From the NCBI RefSeq assembly GCF_020745735.1, contig NC_083449.1:8468923-8532922 (forward strand): a stretch of 64,000 bases of DNA, given 5' to 3'. The translations under genes were made by a program, and so were the position numbers. The stretch comes from Hemiscyllium ocellatum. Lineage: Eukaryota. The notes below the pieces were generated by a model. The model worked only from the letters and a program-made list of their open reading frames with translations. It was not told the DNA's origin and ran no database searches. Numbering within the stretch: position 1 is the first letter of the stretch; each line of letters opens with the position of its first letter. This document shows, one piece after another, positions 47,775 to 60,169 of the stretch.

Positions 47775-50700
47775 CATGTATACAGAGACATTTCATTAGA
47801 AATCATTAAGTTAGCCAAGACCTCTCTAAAGACTGCTGTACAGGAAACGTGATCCTCTTCATTATTATTTGCTCAGGCCACATTTGGAGTATTGTGTATT
47901 GTTTTGTTCGCCAAGCGAAAGTGAGGACTGCAGATGCTGGAGATCAGAGTCAAGATTAGAGCGGTGCTGGAAAAGCACAGCATGTCTGGCAGCATTCGAG
48001 GAGCAGGAAAATCGACGTTCCGGGCAAAAGCCCTGCATCAGGAATGTGGCAGGGACCCTCCGGGGTGTAGAGATAAATGGAGCGGGGCGAAACTGGGGAG
48101 AAGGTAGCAAAGAGTATAAAAGGTGTATAGAGGTCGGTATGAAGGTGATACGTCGGACGGGAGGGTGCAGTGGATAGGTGGGAAGGAAGATTGGCAAGTA
48201 GGGTAGGTCATGAGAATGACCTGAGCTGTTAGGTTGGAACTGGGGGAAGGTGGGGAAGAGGGTAAATGTGGAAACTGGTGAAGTCCACGTTTCTGCCCTG
48301 GGGTTGAAGTGCTCCGAGGTGGAAGACAGGGTGCTCTTACTCCAGGCAACAGGTGGTAAGGGAGTGGTCGTGGAGGAAAACCAGGACCTGCATGTCCTCG
48401 GCAGAGTAGGACGGGGAGTTGAAATGTTCAGCAACAGGACGGTGGGGTTAGTTGGTGCAGGTGTCTCGGAGATGTTTCCTAAAGCGCTCTGCAAGAAGGA
48501 ATCCAGTCTCCCCAATGTAAAGGAGACCGCATCGTGTGCAATTGGTACAGTAGATGACATTGGAAAATGTGCAGGTGAAACTTTGAAGGGTGTGGACGGC
48601 TACTTTGGGGCCTTGGATGGAGGTGAGAGGGGAGGTGTGGCCCCAGGATTTGTAATTCTTGTGGTGGTAAGGGAAGGTGCCAGGAGGGGAGGGTGGGTTG
48701 TTGGTGGGCGTGGAACTGACCAAGTAGTCATGGACGGAACGCTCTTTGTGGAAATTAGAAAGGGGTGGGGAGGGAAATATATCCCTGGTGGTGGGGTCCA
48801 TTTGGAGGTGCCTGAAATGTTGATGGATGGTGTGGTTTATGCAGATCTTGGTAGGGCGGATGGTGATGTCGGGGGTGGGGGGCGGGTGGTTCTGTCCTTG
48901 TTGCGGTTGGACAGGTGGGCTTTGAATGCGGGCATGGATGAGATGCAATGGAGGGCTTCTTCAACCACGTGGGAAGGAAATTACGGCATTTGAAGAAGGA
49001 GGCCATCTGGTGTGTTCTGTGGTGGAACTTGGTCCTTCTGGGAGCAAATACGGTGCAGGCGGAGGAATTGAGAATGTAAGATACCTACCAGACGATGTGG
49101 AAGTATTAGAAAGAGTGCAGAGAATGTTCACTAGGATGTTACCAGCTCTCAAGGACATTGGCCAAGAGGAAAGGTTAAATCGACTAGGATTGTTTTCACT
49201 GGAAAGACAGCTTTTGAAAGGAGACCATATAGAGATCTATGACATTATAAGAGGCATATACAGGGAAGATAGTGAAAGGCTTTTTCCAGGGTTGATGTTT
49301 CAACTTACAAGGGGGAACATTTCAAGGTGAGAGGGGGAAAGGTTTAAGGGAGTTGTGCAAGGGAAGTTTTTTACATAGTAAATGGTTACACCCTGAAAAG
49401 CATTGCCAGAAGTGACTGTGGAAGCAGGCACGTTTAACAGGCCTATGGATGGTCACATGAACAGGGAGGGTAGAGACCAAATAAAGGCATGAAGTATTTT
49501 GTTTAGTTTGGTTAGAACATGATGATCAGCACAGGCTTGGAGTTCCCAAGGGCCTGTTCCTGTCCTGTACTTTTCTTTTGTTCTTTTTTTTCCTTTTCAT
49601 GGCCCCCGTTAAACCTTTTAGATTAGATTAGATTACTTACAGTGTGGAAACAGGCCCTTCGGCCCAACAAGTCCACACCGACCCGCAGAAGCGCAACCCA
49701 CCCATACCCCTACATTTACCCCTAGCACTACGGGCAATTTAGCATGGCCAATTCACCTAACCTGCACATCTTTGGATTGTGGGAGGAAACTGGAGCACCC
49801 GGAGGAAATCCACGCAGACACGGGGAGAACGTGCAAACTCCACACAGCCAGTCGCCTGAGGCGGGAATTGAACCCGGGTCTCTGGCGCTGTGAGGCAGCA
49901 GTGCTAACCAATGTGCCACCGTGCCACCCACCATCCATCGAGAAGGTAACGTTTCTTCCTGTTATCTTTTCTAAGCTCCTCATCATTTTGTACATCACAA
50001 ACAAGAAGCAGTTAGCATTTTGGAGGGTTAAAGGGATTGAAATTTTGGGCATTGAAAGCGGGGAAGCAGGGACTGAGTTGGATGTTCAGCCACGATTCTA
50101 TCAAATGGGCAGAGCAGGCTAGAAGGGCCAAATGGCCTATTCCTAGTTGCTATAGGAACCAGAGTTTGAGTTGGATGGTTAGCCATGATCATAATGAACG
50201 GTGGGGCAAGCAAGAAGAGCTGAATGGCCTACGCCTGTTAGCTACTTTCTGCATAACACTTCAGCCACAGCAGCTCTAAGGAAATCGGCCCCATTCGAGC
50301 CCGTCTGACGGTTCGGATGGTTATCCAGAATTGCTACCAGGTTGCAGTACACTCTGACTGTGTGGGGCTCTTGAATCACACCGATACAATGGCACTCACC
50401 AGCATTGTGTGCTGCTCCAACTACTGCATACTCCAGATTGCTGCCTGCTGCCCCTTCACCAGAAGGTTGGGATCTAGTTACAGTTGAAAGGAGAAGAAAA
50501 GGAAGTCGTCATTTCGAACACAATGCTTTCAAAACCATGTTCAAATTTAAGAAAACGGCAAAGCTATCAAACAAAATAAAAAAAAACTCAGTGAGACCTG
50601 GTATTCCCTGGTCCCATGTCTCTGGTTTCCAGCCAAACACGAAGTTTTCTCACCCACAAGGAGCTGCCCAGTTCTCTATCTTGTTTTCACTCTTATCCTT

Positions 50701-53700
50701 TGGGGAAGGTGATCCGCCATCCTTACCTGGGCTGGGCCAACATGCGACTCCATATCCCGGTTAAATATTACTGCCCTCTGGGGCACTTAGGGATCGACAA
50801 CAAATGCTGTCCTAGCCAGTGACAGAATCATTCCCAATAATGAATAAAAGTTGTCTGGGACCTTCCTGGAGAATAGTATGCTGGTTTGTCGATAAGACAC
50901 AGGTTAAAAGGATGCAGTCATATCCAAGCTCCGTCTATGACTTCTTCATTTCTGTCATCTCTCCCTGATTGAGAGGAATCGGGATAAACAATGGCAAATA
51001 TAAAAACTGTAGTTTCAGTCACTTACTCCCTGGGCTGTGACACAGTTGACGAATTGCCTGCAGGGAAAGAGAGAATATTCTCAGCATAATTTACAGTAGC
51101 TCTGCACTGTCACAGACAGGAGCTGCCGAAGTATTTTCTCAGTCATAAACAGGGGGCATACACATCAATAGATGACAATTGCCAAGCCTGTCATAATCTG
51201 AGCTGAAAATGTGTTGCTGGAAAAGCGCAGCAGTTTAAGCCTGTTGTAATGCATTAAACAACTTAACATAAGTTTAGGGTGATGGGTAGGGCTCGTGTGA
51301 GGGGTAGGATTCTGATAACAGTTAAGGTTAGTGTTCGGGTATTTCGCTGAGGTTCGTGGTTAGTGTTATGTTAAGAGTTAGGTTTAAGGTTAGCATTATG
51401 GTGAAGTGTATAGTTTGGATTCAGGTTATGGTTAGAGGCAGGTTAGGTTTAGGGTTAGGACCAGGGCTAGAGTTAGGTTTCGGATTAGCATTAGCTGTTT
51501 CGTTAGGGCCAAAGTTAGAGTTAGGGTGAAGGTTATGATTGAGTTACGATTAATTTTAAGGTCTGAGTTTGCGTTAAGGATGGGTTTGAGTCTATGGTTA
51601 GGTTTCAGGTAAGGATTAGGTTGAGCTAGGTTTAAGGTTAGGGTTAAGCTTCGGATAGGGTTTAATTTACGGGTAGAATTAGGTCAGCCTACCCAGCGGA
51701 CAATGAATAAACTTAGGAAGAGATAGGCAATGTTTTAACGAGTCATAGTTTAAAGAGAGTGAGGCAGTAAAGTGAAGTTGATCCACATGCATTGCACTAA
51801 ATGACAGAGCAAAATCCTGAGGTACTGTGACATAGAGTGGTGGGGTGTGGTGGGTCACAGTTACCCAATCCAGCAGGCTAGCTCCCGACTGTCAGGAACA
51901 CGGCCTACTCCAGATCCCGACCTTCACCTCCTTCCCCCCGCTCTCCGGTTCAGCTGAAAAGATACATTGTGTTAGAGGGAGGGGGTGGGGGTTAGCACTG
52001 TCATTGTGTGAGGATGTGTAACAAGTCTCATTCCCATTGGAAGTTACAGACCTGTGTCCCTCCAGTGGAAGTAGTACCACAACACAATCAGGCCAGCCAA
52101 CAGCAGAACTGGGAGGAGCGACGCCACGATTTCCTTGGAATAACCCCGAGCTGGAATCCAACAAGAATATTCAGCTCACATTAACAAATTCACCAGGAAG
52201 TTTTATCACATCACCCCTGCATGAGTTGCACAGTTAATATCAGATTGAACAACACCTACAGATATGTAACTCCCTGCCAGCATAGAGGTATCGAGAGTCT
52301 CAGTGTGGCAGAATTTGCCCCACTGAGCTACCTACACCAACCCCACTTTCCCACACTAACTCCACTTTCCCAAACTAACCCTTCACAGCCTTCAATGTTA
52401 TGACATTTCAAGTGCGGATCCAAGTACTTTGCAAAGGTTGGGAGATTCCCTGCTCGGCAGTATGTTCTAATCCCAACTACCATTTGGGTGAAACAATCCT
52501 CAAATCTCCCCTTAAACCTCCCGTCCTTTAATTTAAAATGGCGTTTCCATCCTTGACATTGGTACTGACCCTTTTACTACAGGGATCACCTGTTTATTTT
52601 TTCCCCAGTCCCTTCCCCGTTATGTTGCGGCTGTACAGGACATTGGTGAGGCCAAGGGTGGAATACTGCGTGCAATTCTGGTCTCCTTCCTATCGGAAAG
52701 ATGTTATGAAACATGAAAGGGTTCAGAAAAGATTAACAAGAATGTTGCCAGTGTTGGGGGATTTGAGCTATAGGGAGAGGCTGAACAGGCTGGGGCTGTT
52801 TTCCCTGGAGCGTCAGGGGTTGAGAGGTGACCTTATAGAGGTTTACAAAATCATGAGGGGAATGGATAGGATAAATAAACAAAGTATTTTCCCAGGGGTC
52901 TGGAAGTCCTGAGCTAGAGGGCAAAGGTTTAGAGTGAGAGGGGAAAGATATAAAAGATACCTAAGGGACAACTTGTTCACACAGAGGCTGGTACATGTGC
53001 GGCATGAACAGCCAGACGACGTGGTGGAGGTTAGTACAATTGCAAAATTTAAAAGGCATTTGGATGGGAATATGAATAGGGAAGGATTTGGAGGGATTTG
53101 ATCGGGTGCTGGCAGGTGGGACTAGATTGGGTTGGGATATCTGGTCGGCATGGACGGGTTGGACTGAAGGGTTTGTTTACTTGCTGTACATCTCTATGAC
53201 TCTATATCTATCAGGTTCCCCTCTCAGCATTTCCTGTTCCATGGAAAAGATTCCAAGATTATCCAGCCTCCCTCTCTTCCTCGCTAAAATCCAGGGAACA
53301 TCCTGGTAAATCTACTCTGCATACTACCATCTCCATGAGGTGTTCAATTCCAGTTTTTTTATCGCATTCAAATTCCACCAGGAACAAAAACACCCAACAC
53401 CATTCCGGATCAATAACCTATGTTAATACCACCTAGCTATCACCTCCCCAACTGAGATGGTTAACAGTTTCTGATTGGCACAGACTGGATGGAGCTAATG
53501 GTCTTTCTCTGCGGTCTGTCTATGTTCAATCTGACTGTCAATGTTACCTCGTAGTGTGAATTCTATGTAGTCGCTGGTCACATTAAAAATGGTGTGGTTG
53601 GCTCCTTTGTTGATTGCTGCACAGTGATACCTCCCGACATCATCTCTCTGGAATGAATGAATAACCAGCTCACCACCGTCAGCAGTCACATGGTAGCTTG

Positions 53701-56700
53701 CACTGCCGTTTCTTAGCGGCGTGTTGTCACGGTACCAAACGAACTGGGGCTTTGTGCCTTCCCTCACCCGACACCGGAGAACAAGGCGGTCCCCAGACTG
53801 TATCTCAGTCCCGTTAATGAAGAAAATTAGCACAGCATCTGTAACAGGAACTGAGGAGAAAACACACCGTGACAAAAAAGCATGGAGTTTACCCATTGAT
53901 TCAGACCCTCAACTGGAACCAGTTTGACACAATGGTTTTAAAAGAGAGTTGCGGAATTCAATAGATTAAAAAAAACTAATGCAATGGATGGATGGCATTA
54001 AACTGGAGAGAATACCGAAGAAATGTACAATGATATTGCAAGGATTCAACAGTCTGAGTTTCAGGGAGAGGCTGGGTAAGCTTAGCTCTTTCTTTTCAAG
54101 CGTAGGAGACTGAGCTGATATCACCAAGAAGTGTATAAGATCTTGGTTGGGGTGAATTAACTCAGTCTGTTTCCTAGCCATGTGGAGTCGAGGACTAGAG
54201 GGCAACAGTTTAAGTTTCAACTAGAAAGATTAAAAGGGAAACCTGAAGAACAATTCTTTTACACATCAGGTGTAACGCATATGGAATGAGCTGCCAGTGG
54301 AAGTGGTTGAAGAGGGTACACAAACAGCACTTAAAAGTCATTTGGACAAGTACTTGGATAGGAGTGGTTCAGAAGGATATTAGACCAAGTGCAGGGACAT
54401 TTGGGATGGACATTTTGGTAAGCATGGACCAGTTTGAGCAGAAGTTCCTGTTTTGTTACTGTAGGGCTCTATGATTCTGATGTGTAAGGCTATGCCGCTT
54501 TTGTTTTAGTAAGTGTGATGCTGGAAACGCATAGTTGACGTTTTGAGTATAAGCTCTTCATCACATTCCTGATGAAGTGTTTATGCCCGAAACATTGACT
54601 CTCCTGCTGCACGAATGATGCCTAACTAGCTGTGCTTTTCCAGCTCCATACCTTTTCACTCTGACCTCCAGCATCTGCAGTCCTCTCTCAGTCTCCGTGT
54701 TGCTTTAGTCAAAGGTATGGTGTTCAAGAACGAAGCACCAGCTTTGAGTTGGTCCCAGCAGCAGTTTTCCCGAGCTGATGGTTTAGTTACTCTTTGGGAG
54801 AGAATCCTCGTGAACTTACCTATCACTGCGATCTCTATGTCTTCACTGTGCTGAGGGCCTGTCACTTCATTTCTCACTGAGCAATGGTAAAGGCCTTCGT
54901 CACTTCTGCTGATAGGCCCAATGTTGTAAACAAGTTCAGTGTTGTTAGAAAGCTCTCCGTACAGTTCCACACTTGAGCTGTTGTAGAATTGGTAATAAAT
55001 CGGCAGAGAACCATTGGAGACTGAACAAATTAAGTATCCTGGGTCTCCTTCGATCAGATCCTTTCTGGGTTGAATTATTAGTTCCGGTTTTGACACTGGA
55101 ATTCCTGTAATCATTGATCATTGCATTTGGCGGAATTAATTGCAAACTCAACTATGAACATCATCACAGTCACACAAAAATGCATATCCTTTTGTTTTTG
55201 TTCATTCGTTGGATGTGGGTATCACTGGGTACTCTAGTACTTATTGCTCATCCCAAATTGCACAGAGGACTTTCGATGATTGTTGGACTGCAATTGAATT
55301 GAATTCAGATTCTCCCATCTGTTATAGTGGGATTTGAGCCCAGAATATGAGCCGATTCTCTGAATTTTTAGGACATAGAATAGTACAACCCAGGGACAGG
55401 CACATCGTGTCTGCGCATGACTGTGATGTCATTCTGTACGAATTCCATCTGACTACATGTGGGTCCTGATCTCTGTACTCCCTACATATTCAAGTGTCTG
55501 TCTATATGCCTCGTAAACATTGCTATCGTATTTGTTTCTACCAACTACTCTGGCAGTGTTCGACAGGCACCGATCATTCTCTGTGTAGAATCATAGAGTC
55601 ATAGAGATGTAGCGCACCTTCAGTCCAACTCGTCCGTGCTGACAAGATATCATAAATTAATCTCATCCCATTTGTCAGCAGTTGACCCTTATATCTCTAA
55701 ACCCTTCCAATTCATACACCCAACCAGATGCCTTTTAAATGTTGTAATCTTACTGGCCTCCCCCACTTCCTCTGGCAGCTCATTCCATAGATGCACCATC
55801 CTTTGTGTGAAATTGTTACCCCTTAGGTCCTTTTAATCTATTCCCCTCTCACCCTAAACCTACGCTGTCAAGTATTGGACGCGCCCACCCAAGGGAAAAG
55901 ACTTTGCCTACTTATCATTTCCACGCTCCTCAAGATTTTATAAAGTTCTATAAGGTCACCTGTCAGCCTCTAATATTCCAGGGAAAACAGCACCAGCCTA
56001 TTAAGTCTCTCCCTATTGCTCAACTCCTCCAACCTTATATCCCTGTATTTTTTTCCAAAACTCTTTCAAGTTTCACAACATCCTTCCTTTTGGAGGGAAA
56101 CCAGATTTGCACACAATATTCCAGAAGTGGCCTAACCTAAGCACTGTACAGCCGCAATATGGCCTTCCAACTCCTATATCCAATGCTCCAACCAGTAAAG
56201 GAAAGGATATTAATTAGATTCTTCATTACCCAATCGATCTGCATCCAAACTCCACTTTCAAGAAACTGTGAATCTGGACTCCAAGGTCTCGTTATTTAGC
56301 AGCACTCCGCAGGACCTTACCAATAATTGCATAACTCCTGCCTTTATTTGCCCTTCTAAAATGCAGCACCTCGCACTTATCTAAATTACACTTCACCTGC
56401 CACTCCTCCGCCCATTGGCCCATTTGATCAAGATCCTGTTGTACTCTGAGGTAACCTTTCCTCGCATATCTCCTTTAAACGCTCCTTCTTTCACCTCAAA
56501 GCTGTGCTCCCCACACTAGTATTTGATATTTCCAACCGGGGAGAGAGACTCTGACTATTCACTCTGCCCATGCCTCTCATAATATTGTGTACATCAAACA
56601 AGTCCCCTTACAGTGTCCAATCCTCTGCTGAAAACAACTCGTTTGTCCAACCTGTCCTCATACTCCAATCCAGGCATCATCCACGTAAACTTGTTTTGCA

Positions 56701-58952
56701 CCATCTCAGAAGATTCCACATCTTTGTTATAGTATATCCTTCAAATTAGACAGAACTAAAGTTTTATATAGTTGCAATATGACTTGCCAACGTTTACACT
56801 CATTGTCCTGACTGATGACAAGCATGCCATATGACATCTTTACCACGTTATCCACTTGGGTTGCCACTTTCAGGGAACTATGTACCTGCACAGCAAGATC
56901 CCTCTGTACATCAATGTTCCCAAGAGTCCTGCCATTTACTATATATTTTTCTCTTGCATTTCACCTACCAAAAAATGAATCAGCTCATAATACACTGGAT
57001 TAAAATCCATACACAATTTCTGTGCTCAACTTTCAGGCTGATCTATATTCTTTGACAACCTTGCACACTGTCCGCAACTCCGCCAAATGTCATGTCACCT
57101 GCAAACTTACTAATTAGAAGTGGTAAGCGCAGAAAAACTGTTATTGATCATCGAGAGACATCCAGAGGTCGCAGTCTAAAGGAGATGGAGTAGGACTGAA
57201 ATGAGGAGGAATTCCTTCACCCAGGGAGTGGGGAGCCTGTGGAATTCTCTGCCACAGAGAATGGTCGGAGTCGGAACATTGAATCCTGTTCAAGAAGGAG
57301 GTGAATAGAATGCTTAGGGCCGTAAGGAAGAGTGCAAGTGGCCAAGAGACTGAGTTGGAAAAGCATCCACAATCCAAGTGTTTGGGCATATCAAGCTGCA
57401 AGGATCGAATGGCCTGTTGCCATATACATGTTCCAATAATTTTCTAGGCAATGAATCCCACAGGCTCCTCAATCTCTGTATGACAACATCTCACCCAATA
57501 CGCTGTGCGCTTTGTCTCGAGCTCTCCAATATATGTCTGTGAGATGTGGGGAGTGATGATAAATTGTCTCTATTCTGAGTCCTTAACAGTTAAAAAACGG
57601 ACGATAATAAATGACACTCACGTCTGATGGACAAATAGAGTTGATTACTGCATTTCCACACTTTCCCGTCTGTGACTTCACAATGGTAAGTACCCGAGTC
57701 TGTCGGACGAGCTGATTCAGAGATGTAATCACTGTGGTCTGATGGAGACTGGAGAGGGACCTCATTTCTGTAAAATCTGTACCACAAGGAAGCTTGGGAG
57801 GGATACTCTTCAATCCCGCACACCATTTTAATTCGTTGGCCATCAAACAGCTGGCCCTCAGGATGCACGGTCAACATCGGGATGGCAAACGCCTCTGGAA
57901 AGCAAAAGGACATGTTTCTGTTTCAACCTGTAGAGTGCCTGGGCTTGGGGAAGCTCAGTGATCAGAACGAGAGCAAGAAAATCCCGAGACGGCGTTAGTG
58001 CATGAGATTCCTAATAATCCTTCAAGGCCAATCAAGGCTGTTAACATCGTGTCAGCTCGAGGTCAGATTTGGTAACGATTGCGATAGAATTTGGAATGAA
58101 TAAATACAACTTCAGCGAGAGTATTGCACTCGGTTCTGGAATCCACATTCTAGGAGGGACAGCACAGCTCAGGGAGAAGGTGTAGAGGCAGATTTATCAG
58201 GATGTTGCCCTTGGGGCTGGAGAGTTCCAGATGATGGCAAGACACTGGAGAAAGTGTTTTTGTTTCCTTAGAGCAGAGGGGATTGAGACGAGGGTGGGGG
58301 TCATGATTGAGATTTATAACATGATGAGGCGTGTAGATAGGGCAAACAGGAAGAAACGTAATGCCCTTCGTGGAGGGATCAATGATTGAGGGAGGGAGTA
58401 TAGATAGAAAGTAAGGGGCAGGAGTTTTTAGAGGAAATGTGAGAGAAAACATTTTCACTCAGAGACTCTGGACCTTACTGCCTGTAAGGTTGGAAGACGC
58501 CGAAACCTTCATCACATTGAAGAGTGTTTAGATATGACTTCACAATGCAAGGTTATGGGGCTACGTGCTGGGGAAATGGGGATTAGAGAATAGTGAGGTG
58601 GCTGTTTCTGACTTGATGGGTCGAAGGGCATTTAATATGTTCTTCGGACTCTGCAATAATGATAAATAGTTACGTTTAACAGAAATGTGAATGCTGTTGC
58701 TCCTCTTCATCAGTCCATAAACCGTATTGATCGCTTCACAGGTGTAATTCCCAGAAAGGTTTGCAGCCGCTGAGTTAATGGTGTACACGCTTCCATGATC
58801 AGGTGCAGTCTGCAGTGCTACGCTGTCTCTGTAAAACGAGTAGTGAAGCTGGACGGAGGGCCATGCCGCCAGGACAGTGCACGTCAGCGTGAACTCGAGC
58901 CCCTCGAATACTTCAGCTGGCTCCACCCTCAGCACGGGCTTGGCAAATCGTT
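43856..58952 (-). CDS. FCRL-like (Fc receptor-like / PECAM-related) inhibitory Ig-superfamily receptor, 5'-partial, 10 exons, ~519 aa in window
   Basis: Exons 58674-58952, 57622-57894, 54820-55104, 53548-53850, 52052-52150, 51027-51057, 50400-50473, 47371-47430, 45994-46028, 43856-43975 all have AG/GT boundaries and join in one open frame ending TAA. Confidence 0.85.
45994..46028 (-). CDS. FCRL-like cytoplasmic exon 4
   Basis: TATTTTCAG|...AAG|GTATGT; GKSIVFSSDGKK; supplies the phase 1 to 0 change needed by the flanking exons. Confidence 0.75.
47371..47430 (-). CDS. FCRL-like cytoplasmic exon 3
   Basis: TTTGTAG|...G|GTAAAG; GNSTADLVYSEVTIKKRTEA; ITIM LVYSEV. Confidence 0.85.
47723..47774 (+). 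repeat. (TAGA)n microsatellite
   Basis: About 13 perfect TAGA units. Confidence 0.97.
47918..49075 (-). mobile_element. Penelope-like element family A, 3' portion with GIY-YIG endonuclease, nested in a CR1 fragment
   Basis: FTCTFSNVIYCTNCTRCGLLYIGETGFLLAERFRKH; decayed hammerhead at ~48010-48045; flanking CR1 reads PHLEYCVLFCSP / YLPDDVEVLERVQR. Confidence 0.9.
49618..49929 (-). mobile_element. HE1-type SINE, full length
   Basis: Reverse complement of the 6329-6643 family with (AATCT)n tail. Confidence 0.92.
50400..50473 (-). CDS. FCRL-like cytoplasmic exon 2
   Basis: TAG|...G|GTGAGT; ESQPSGEGAAGSNLEYAVVGAAHNA; ITIM LEYAVV. Confidence 0.82.
51027..51057 (-). CDS. FCRL-like cytoplasmic exon 1
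   Basis: TTTCCCTGCAG|...GA|GTAAGT; GNSSTVSQPR. Confidence 0.8.
51270..51690 (+). repeat. Degenerate (TTAGGG)-like hexamer tract
   Basis: GGTTAGGTTTAGGGTTAGGA, GTTAGAGTTAGGG, GGTTAGGGTTAAG etc. at 6-bp period. Confidence 0.8.
52052..52150 (-). CDS. FCRL-like transmembrane exon
   Basis: TTCCAG|...G|GTCTGT; ARGYSKE-IVASLLPVLLLAGLIVLWYYF-HWRDT; uncharged TM. Confidence 0.85.
52615..53205 (+). mobile_element. CR1 ORF2 3' fragment (intronic)
   Basis: LYRTLVRPRVEYCVQFWSP; tail CTCTATGACTCTAT. Similar short CR1 3' fragments occur throughout 32.8-62.9 kb. Confidence 0.9.
53548..53850 (-). CDS. FCRL-like membrane-proximal Ig domain exon
   Basis: VPVTDAVL...LRCRVREGTKPQFVWYRD...DDVGRYHCAAIN; phase 1-1. 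Confidence 0.92.
54510..54690. mobile_element. Penelope-like family A mini insertion with back-to-back hammerhead remnants
   Basis: ...GCTCTTCATCA-CATTC-CTGATGAAG...GCCCGAAAC: antisense and sense motifs 5 bp apart. Confidence 0.75.
54820..55104 (-). CDS. FCRL-like Ig domain exon (resembles FCRL D4/D5 type)
   Basis: IPVSKPEL...LICSVSNGSLPIYYQFY...SDEGLYHCSVRNE; phase 1-1. Confidence 0.92.
57622..57894 (-). CDS. FCRL-like Ig domain exon (resembles D3 type)
   Basis: AFAIPMLTV...MVC...LWYRFYRN...DSGTYHCEV; phase 1-1. Confidence 0.92.
58674..58952 (-). CDS. FCRL-like Ig domain exon (resembles D3 type)
   Basis: RFAKPVLRVEP...EG...TLTC...QLHYSFYRD...SGNYTCEA...KRSNSIHISVK; phase 1-1. Confidence 0.92.
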
Positions 58953-59162
58953 CTGGAATGGAACATGCAATCGGGACTTATCAAGCAACTGTTATCATCA
59001 CAGAAAAGAAGGCACTATGGTGACACGTAATGAAGAATGTGAGCATTGACTGACAAAGTACATGGGAGAGGGCAAAACGTTATCTTTCTCTTACTTCCCA
59101 AATTTCAAACTCCGTTTTGATGCCACTAGTGCCATAGAATGATAGAGACATACAGCATGTAT

Positions 59163-59480
59163 GGCACGGTGGCACAGCGGTTAGCCCTGCTGTCTCACAG
59201 TGCCAGAGACATGGGTTTAATTCCTGCCTCAGGTGACTGACTGTGTGGAGTTTGCACATTCTCCCCATGTCTGCGTGGGTTTCCTCCGGGTGCTCCGGTT
59301 TCCTCCCACAGTCCAAAAATGTACAGGTTAGGTGAATTGACTGTGCTAAATTGCTCGTGGTGTTAGGGACAGGGGTAAATGTAGGGGAATGGGTCTAGGT
59401 GGGTTGCGCTTCGGCCGGTCAGTGTGGACTTGTTGGGCTGAAGGGTCTGTTTCCACACTGTAAGTAATCTAATCTAAAAA
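59163..59480 (+). mobile_element. HE1-type SINE
   Basis: Homologous to 6329-6643. Confidence 0.9.
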
Positions 59481-60169
59481 TGTAAACACACACTTGTGCC
59501 CAACTTGTCCATGCGGATGAGATCTCCCATGCTGATCTCCTCCTATTTGCCACAATTTGGCTCATCACCCTCAAAACCTTTCCAACTCAAGTTCACAGAG
59601 ACAAAGAAAGAAAGACCATTAGACAAAGTCATACAGAGACATAAGGTGGGGAAACATTTGGCACTTGCCTCACAGCCAGCCTAGGATACAGAAAAACAAA
59701 AAGGGTTTTGAGCTATAGGGAGAGGCTGAACTGGCTCAAGCATTGCAGCAGAGGGGTGACCATCAACGTTTATAAAATCATGAGAGGTCGAGATAACGAG
59801 AATAGTCACTTTCCCGGGGTCAGACAATCCGAAAGCAGTTGGCATAGGTTGAAGATGAGAGGGCAAAGATTTAAAACTGACCTCAGGGGTCACTTCTTCC
59901 CAAGGAAGCTGGTGCATGCATTGATCGAGCTGTCAGTGGAAATGGGTACAATGACAACATTTAAACAACATTAGGTAATGGTATGTGAAACGAAAAAAAA
60001 ATGGAGGGATATTGACCACAAGCAAGCAAATTGGACAAGATCAGTTTAGGAAACTTAATTGACATGGATGAGTTGGACCGAAGATTTGGTTTCCATGTGT
60101 TTCTATGGCTGTATAAAACTAACTATTAATTTAGGTATTGATTTACTTTTTGAGAAGCAATCTGGTAGT

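Noticed and set aside
48250-48993. 247-aa Gly/Val-rich ORF on the + strand
   Set aside because: Antisense frame of the Penelope-like element.
51865-51953. Extra receptor exon (TCTTTTCAG|...|GTAACT, minus strand)
   Set aside because: Stops in all three frames and not needed for the reading frame; at most a minor truncating isoform.
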